From assembly GCA_001724265.1 (NCBI GenBank), contig MEDY01000114.1, forward strand, positions 1 to 64,000: 64,000 nt of DNA, given 5' to 3'. The translations under genes were made by a program, and so were the position numbers. Below, piece after piece: positions 59,109-64,000 of this stretch (position 1 is the stretch's first letter; every line of letters begins with the position of its first letter). Below the pieces are notes generated by a model, which was not told the origin of the DNA, did not search any database, and saw only the letters and a program-made list of their open reading frames with translations. Source of the stretch: Rhizaria sp. SCN 62-66 (taxonomy: Eukaryota).

Positions 59109-62100
59109 ATGAGCTACCCGCACACGCAGCCGAGCCTTGCGTCGGCGATGAACACGTCTACCTCGTTTGAGCTGGACCCCAGCAACCGCGTGCGCTTCGC
59201 CCCCACGGACCAGGTCTACCCCATCCCGTCCGCGCTCAACGCCTCCTCCGTCAGCAACTCCAGCTTCAGCGGTGGCGGCGGCGGCGCGTACGGGGTAAAC
59301 GCGAGTTACGGCGCCGCTGCGCTTCCCGTGCCGACCGGCGCGCTTGCTCAGCAGCAGCAGCAGCCACAGGGCTACTACCCCGCCCCGCGTCCCCCGCTCC
59401 CTCTGTCCAACTCTGCGGCGACCGCGGGTATGCCGCCGGCGCTGACGCGGCCGCAGACTGGGCTGCTGCCGGTGCCCATCGGCATCATGGCGGCACCCTT
59501 TGCGCTCCCGGGCGCGGGACCGGTCCCCAACCCCGCCAAGGCGCCCCTGGCCTCGACCACGTACAACGCCAACGCAAACGCCAACTACAACAACTACAAC
59601 ATGCAGCCGCAGCCTCAGCCTCAGGCGCAGTATTACTACAACCAGGCGCAGCCGCAGTATCCGCAGCAACAGCAGTATCCGTAGCACCAGCAGCCGCAGC
59701 TGCTGCCCCAGCCCTCCGTCCCCGCGCCCCCCTCTGGCGGCAGTGGGGTGGTTGTCATGGGGGGGCGCCTCGTGCGAGTGCCGGTGCCCGCAGGGGCAGT
59801 GGCGCTGCAGCAACAGCAGCAGCAGCAGCAGCAACAGGCGATGGCTCAACAGCAAATGATGTGGCAACAGCAGCAGCAGCAACAACAACAACAACAACAG
59901 CTTCAACAACAGCAGCTGCAGCAGCAGCAGCAGCAGCAGCAGCAGTACTTACAGAATGTAAGTGACGTGTCTTTCATCGCCCCCGCCCCGGCCTCCGCGC
60001 CATGGGAGGCCGACGCCGCCGCGCCCAACGCCTTTGCTGACTCAGCCGCCGCCGCGGCTCACGGTCACTCTGCTGCAAAGCAGCAGGCGCACTACGTGGG
60101 GCCGGACGGGGCAGCGCTGTATAACGACAACAACCACGGCAACACTAGCAGCGGAAACGACCCCGAGAATGAACCCACCGCCGGCGCCACCCGCGCCGTC
60201 TCCCTCTTCTCCAAACCTCAGGCGCAGTCGCACGCTCCGTCGAAACCGCCACCGCCGCCCGCATCCCGGACGGGCAACCCGTTCCACTCGCTGCACCAGG
60301 CGCTGCGCCCCGCGCTCACCGCGGTCGCGCCGATGCGGCTGCCGGCCGCGGCTATGGCGTTTCTGCGCCGCGCAGCCGCGCGCGCATTGCTGCCCGCGCC
60401 TTCCTTCGCCGCCGACGCCGCTACTATGGGCGGGGCGGGGGCCGCGGGCGCGCTCACGCCCTACTACCTGCACATTGACGCTGTGACCGGGCTGCGGCTC
60501 TTCAGCGCGATGCTCCGCGCCTCAGCCGCCACGGCAGCGACCAACTCCACTGCCGCGGGCGGCGCCGGCGCCACCGCCGCTGCGGCCGCGGCGGCGGGGG
60601 CGCTGCGGGGCACCCTTAAGCCGGAGTTTCTGTACTGGCGGCTTAACTTGTCGCTCTACTCACAACGGCACCGCACCTTTTTCGGGCGCACCTGGGAGAG
60701 CGACGAGTACTGCGTCGCCACTTACCCAGAGGTGCTTACATCCCCGTCCCACACTGCAAGCCCTTACCCTGCGGTTGGCGGCCAGTTCGGCGCGGATGTA
60801 GGTACCCCCGGCGGCGATGTAAGCGCCCCGCCGCACACGGCGCGCCTCCCGCCGATCGGCGTCTACTACTACAGCGACATCCACTCGTCGCAGTGCTTCG
60901 CCGTCGCCGAGGTCGTGCTCACGGTCCGCCTCCCCGGCGCTGCCCCCGCCAGCGTCGCGCTGGGCTGGGCCCCGCTGGCCGCCTTCGCACCCGTCGGCGG
61001 GCACGCCGGCGCCGGCCCCGCCACCGCGCTCCCGGGCGGCGCGCAGGCGGGCGGCTTCCCTTCAATGAGCGCCGGCGCTGGCGCTGAGGACCCCAACGCG
61101 AGCGCGCTGCTCGCCAACGCCGCGGGGGGCGCCGGGGGCGCGTTCGTGGGGTTCGGCGCGCTGCCTGACGTCGCTGACCACCTAGACACGATCTCTTACG
61201 CCGGCAACCGCGCCGCCGCCGCCTTCTCGGCCCTCAGCAGCAACGGCAACGCGAACGCGAGCCTGGACATGTCTTTCAACACCGGCGCGGCCGCGGGCGG
61301 TGGCGGCTTGGCTTCCGCGCCGCCGCGCATGACGACTGTGCCCCTGTACCGCGGCTCTCCTCGCGCGTTGCTCTTCGCGCACAACCCGGTCCCGCGCGCG
61401 CTCAACTCGGGCGGCGGCGCGAACTTGGGCAGCTCCGCTCACCCCGTCGACGCCTACGGCAACCCCCTCCCGGGCGCCGGCGAGGTCATCGCCCTCAACA
61501 GCAACGGCGGCGGCGCGGCGCAGTCCGGCGCCGGCGGGGTGACTCTGGCGCAGCACGCGTCGTGGGACACGACGTTCCTGCACGCGCACGACATGCGGCT
61601 CAGCTTCCGCGTCTTCCGCTGCTCGGCGCTGCTGCGGGTTGCCCATCTGTTTCGGCCCAACGAGTTTGTCGCCGCCGACGGCTCCGCGCGGCTCGCGGGC
61701 CTGCCCCCCGTGCTCCAGCTCCACGCCCCCGCCCCCGCCCATAGCACTGAGGCGGGGGACGCCACCGCCGCCGCGTCTGCGCTGTCGCTGCTGCCTGGTG
61801 TGCTGCCGCCGCCGACGCACCTGGCGGCATTCGCGCGCGCCGTGCCGCTCACCCACCTGCGCGTGCGCGCGCCGCGGCTGGCGCTGCCGGCGCAGCTCGA
61901 GCCGCGGCTGCTGGCGGTGCTGCACCACCACCGCGCGCTGTTCGTCACCGCGCCCTCTGCGCGCGAGCGGCCCGTCGTCGTGGCGCGCGCGCTGCGCCTG
62001 GGGCTGCACAACGGCCGCCGCTTCGTGCACCTCCCCGCGCGCCTCCCGCTGACCGTGGCCGCGGCCAGCAGCGGCGACGTCGCGGGCACCGGCGCAGCCG

Positions 62101-63638
62101 CCTGGGACCCCGTGACCGTGAGCGCCGCGCGCAGCCGCGGAGACATCACGGCCCGCGGTAACGGACAGCAACAGGGACGGCTTAACTTCGAGAGCGAGCT
62201 CGCCAACGCGAATAACAACTTCAACAGCGGCGGCAGCGGCGGCATGGCGACTGCGCGCGGTCTGCGCGGCCCCGGCTCCGGCCTCGACAACCTCGCCGCT
62301 CTCGCGAGCGCTGCCGGCGCTAGCGCGGCCGGCGCCGCTGGTGCAGGCGCTGGCGCACTGCCAGTGGAGGACGGCGGCGTGGTCGCCGCTGCCGGCGCGT
62401 CCACATCGTTCCCTGCCTCGTACACCAATAGCGGGAACAGCAGCAATGGCGGGGGCGGCAGCATGGCGGACGGCAACTATTACGCCGACTCGCCCGCGCT
62501 CGACTTCAACACCGGCACGAACAATCCCTTGAATGGCCACGCTGTGACCGCGGCGGGCGGCGGGTTCACGGTGCTGCAGTGCGAGGGCGTCAACGCCGTG
62601 GTCGAGGGCGTGCGCTGCTCGCTGGCCGAGCCCGAGGCCGTGGCGCTCGTCGCCGAGCTTCAGTACGACGTCGCCTGGGTCGCCGAGGCCGCCGAGGTGA
62701 GCACTTACACGTCAAAGTACGGCGGCGCCGCGGGCGGCGCGGGCAACTCCAACGCGCTCATGGCCGCGGCGGCCGCGGGCGGGGCCTTAGGTGCCAGCGC
62801 CGCTCTGGCCGGCGGCGGCGGCGGCGGCGGCGAGGGCGAGACCGCGGGGGGCTACCCGGTAACGACCATCACGATCGCCTGGGGCATCCAGCTCATCACC
62901 ACGCGCAACATGAATGCCAACACCAACCCTGGCTCTGGCGCGAGCTCTGGCGCTAGTTCTGGCGGTGTCAAGACGGGAGCCGGCCCGGTGTGCGTGGCGC
63001 TGCCGCTGGACGACTCTGTGGTCGACATCCCACTGCACCGCGGGCCCTGCCGCTCGCTGTCGGGCGCGCGCACCTACGGCTACTCGACGCTGTTCGAGGC
63101 GCTGCACCCGCTCGTCCGCCGCGGCGTTGTGCTGCGCGCAGCGTTTCAGTCGCCCGCGCACGCCGCCATCGCCGCCGCCGCCGCCGGGGAGCTGCCCGCG
63201 CCCGCGGCCGGCGCCGCTGCGACGCGTGACAGCGGCGATGGCGGCGACGGGGTGCCTGTGGGCAGCGAGGGTGCGTGGCAGGGCGCCGACGCCGACGGGC
63301 AGTACCGTGGCATTGCCGCGCTGCGCAAGCCCAACAGCGCGGGCGACGACAACAACAACAACAACAACAAGAACAGCACTGTTGACAGTGCTCGGGCCAG
63401 TGGCAGTACTGGCGGTGTGTTGAAGGCTGCCGAGGTCGAGGTGGGCGCTGCGGCCGCGGCCGCACGCGCTCAGGCCGTTAGCGCTGCCCACGGCCACGGG
63501 TTGCAAATCGCGCTTGGCCCCGCCGCCGCGGCCGGGAACGGCGGCACGGTCACGCACGCGGCGAATAACAACGCTGCGAACGCGCTCGGGGCCAAGAGTG
63601 TCACGAAGACGCAGCGGCGCCGTCAACCGCAGGCACAG

Positions 63639-63670
<32 letters not shown>

Positions 63671-64000
63671 ACAACAGCCGATGCAGCGGGGCGTGAGACT
63701 TGATGCCGGTAACAGCGGCAACAGCGGCGACGGCGGCGTGAACGACAGCATGCTGGGCGGCAATCTTTCTGGCATCTACCCCAATGTGCACAACAGCTAC
63801 AGCAACGACAACAACTCGCTGCAGCTCTCCGCTGACAACAACCGCAACCAACAGCAGCAGCAGCAGCAGCAGCAGCAGAACGCCAACAGCAGCAACCTGT
63901 GGCCCACGCCCAACACCAGCAGCGCCAACAACAACAACAACAACGCCGCCGCCGCCGCTCCAGCCCCGATGGCTGCGCCCGCGTACTCGCACGTCCCCGT
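59109..64000 (+). CDS. NPHP4: Nephrocystin-4 (ciliary transition zone), 5' part, runs off window end; internal TAG at 59682
   Basis: Manual translation beyond the TAG: WRLNLSLYSQRHRTFFGRTWES, YYYSDIHSSQCFAVAEVVL, PLYRGSPRALL, HLFRPNEFV, ARALRLGLHNGRRFV. These match the NPHP4 motifs FFGRTW, LYxGxPRALL and LRxGxHNG. Confidence 0.88.
59682..59684 (+). other. In-frame TAG in NPHP4, probable sense codon (Gln)
   Basis: CAG TAT CCG CAG CAA CAG CAG TAT CCG TAG CAC CAG CAG CCG CAG; TAG occupies the CAG position of a local repeat. Confidence 0.85.
59808..59945 (+). repeat. CAG/CAA poly-Gln tracts in the NPHP4 N-terminus
   Basis: Q10 tract, then a 27-codon tract interrupted by two Leu codons. Confidence 0.9.

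Noticed and set aside
1869-59684. Pyrrolysine, programmed readthrough or A-to-I (UAG to Trp) editing
   Set aside because: Pyrrolysine is not known in eukaryotes; downstream contexts share no motif; sites lie in Gln-rich or low-complexity regions where Trp is implausible.
59958-59963. GTAAGT as a splice donor in NPHP4
   Set aside because: The frame stays open and GC-rich with no AT-rich intron body or clear acceptor.
1161-64000. Pseudogenes with nonsense mutations
   Set aside because: Five neighbouring genes would each be hit only by TAG, with no TAA/TGA or frameshifts and with catalytic motifs intact. CAG-to-TAG consensus errors cannot be fully excluded without reads.
1-64000. Hundreds of overlapping and antisense ORFs in the ORF track (e.g. 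21396-23540, 18787-20730, 46104-47597)
   Set aside because: Shadow ORFs from high GC and C/G third-position bias; Arg/Ala/Pro-rich, no motifs, overlapping identified genes.
1-64000. tRNA (including a CUA-anticodon tRNA), rRNA, CRISPR array or transposase
   Set aside because: None recognised by eye; AHGH repeats are irregularly spaced and coding, not repeat-spacer units. tRNAscan-SE and Infernal are needed to exclude RNA genes properly.

Overview
GC-rich, intron-containing eukaryotic nuclear DNA, probably from an aerobic flagellated protist (complex III Rieske protein and the ciliary transition-zone gene NPHP4 are present; lineage cannot be assigned from this window). Eleven protein-coding genes can be rebuilt with 14 AT-rich GT-AG introns of 104-244 nt. 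In order: GCAT/KBL (3'-truncated), an unknown low-complexity protein, a tandem-PX protein, VWA8, a giant DNA-PKcs (~8,180 aa, 24-kb first exon), COMMD4, a divergent and hugely extended APC8/CDC23, an unknown 268-aa protein, Rieske UQCRFS1, an mS25/mL61-like mitoribosomal protein, and NPHP4 (3'-truncated). Main finding: a probable variant nuclear genetic code. Seven in-frame TAG codons (one avoidable by an alternative splice donor) interrupt five otherwise intact genes. All nine visible gene ends are TAA (8) or TGA (1), and no in-frame TAA or TGA occurs. Repeat context points to UAG = Gln with UAA still a stop. Secondary signals: a dispersed 12-mer GCYCACRGTCAC on both strands and in several frames, a GTACG 5' splice consensus, ten consecutive genes in alternating orientation, and heavy low-complexity inflation of the large proteins. 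All homology calls are from recalled motifs, not database searches.
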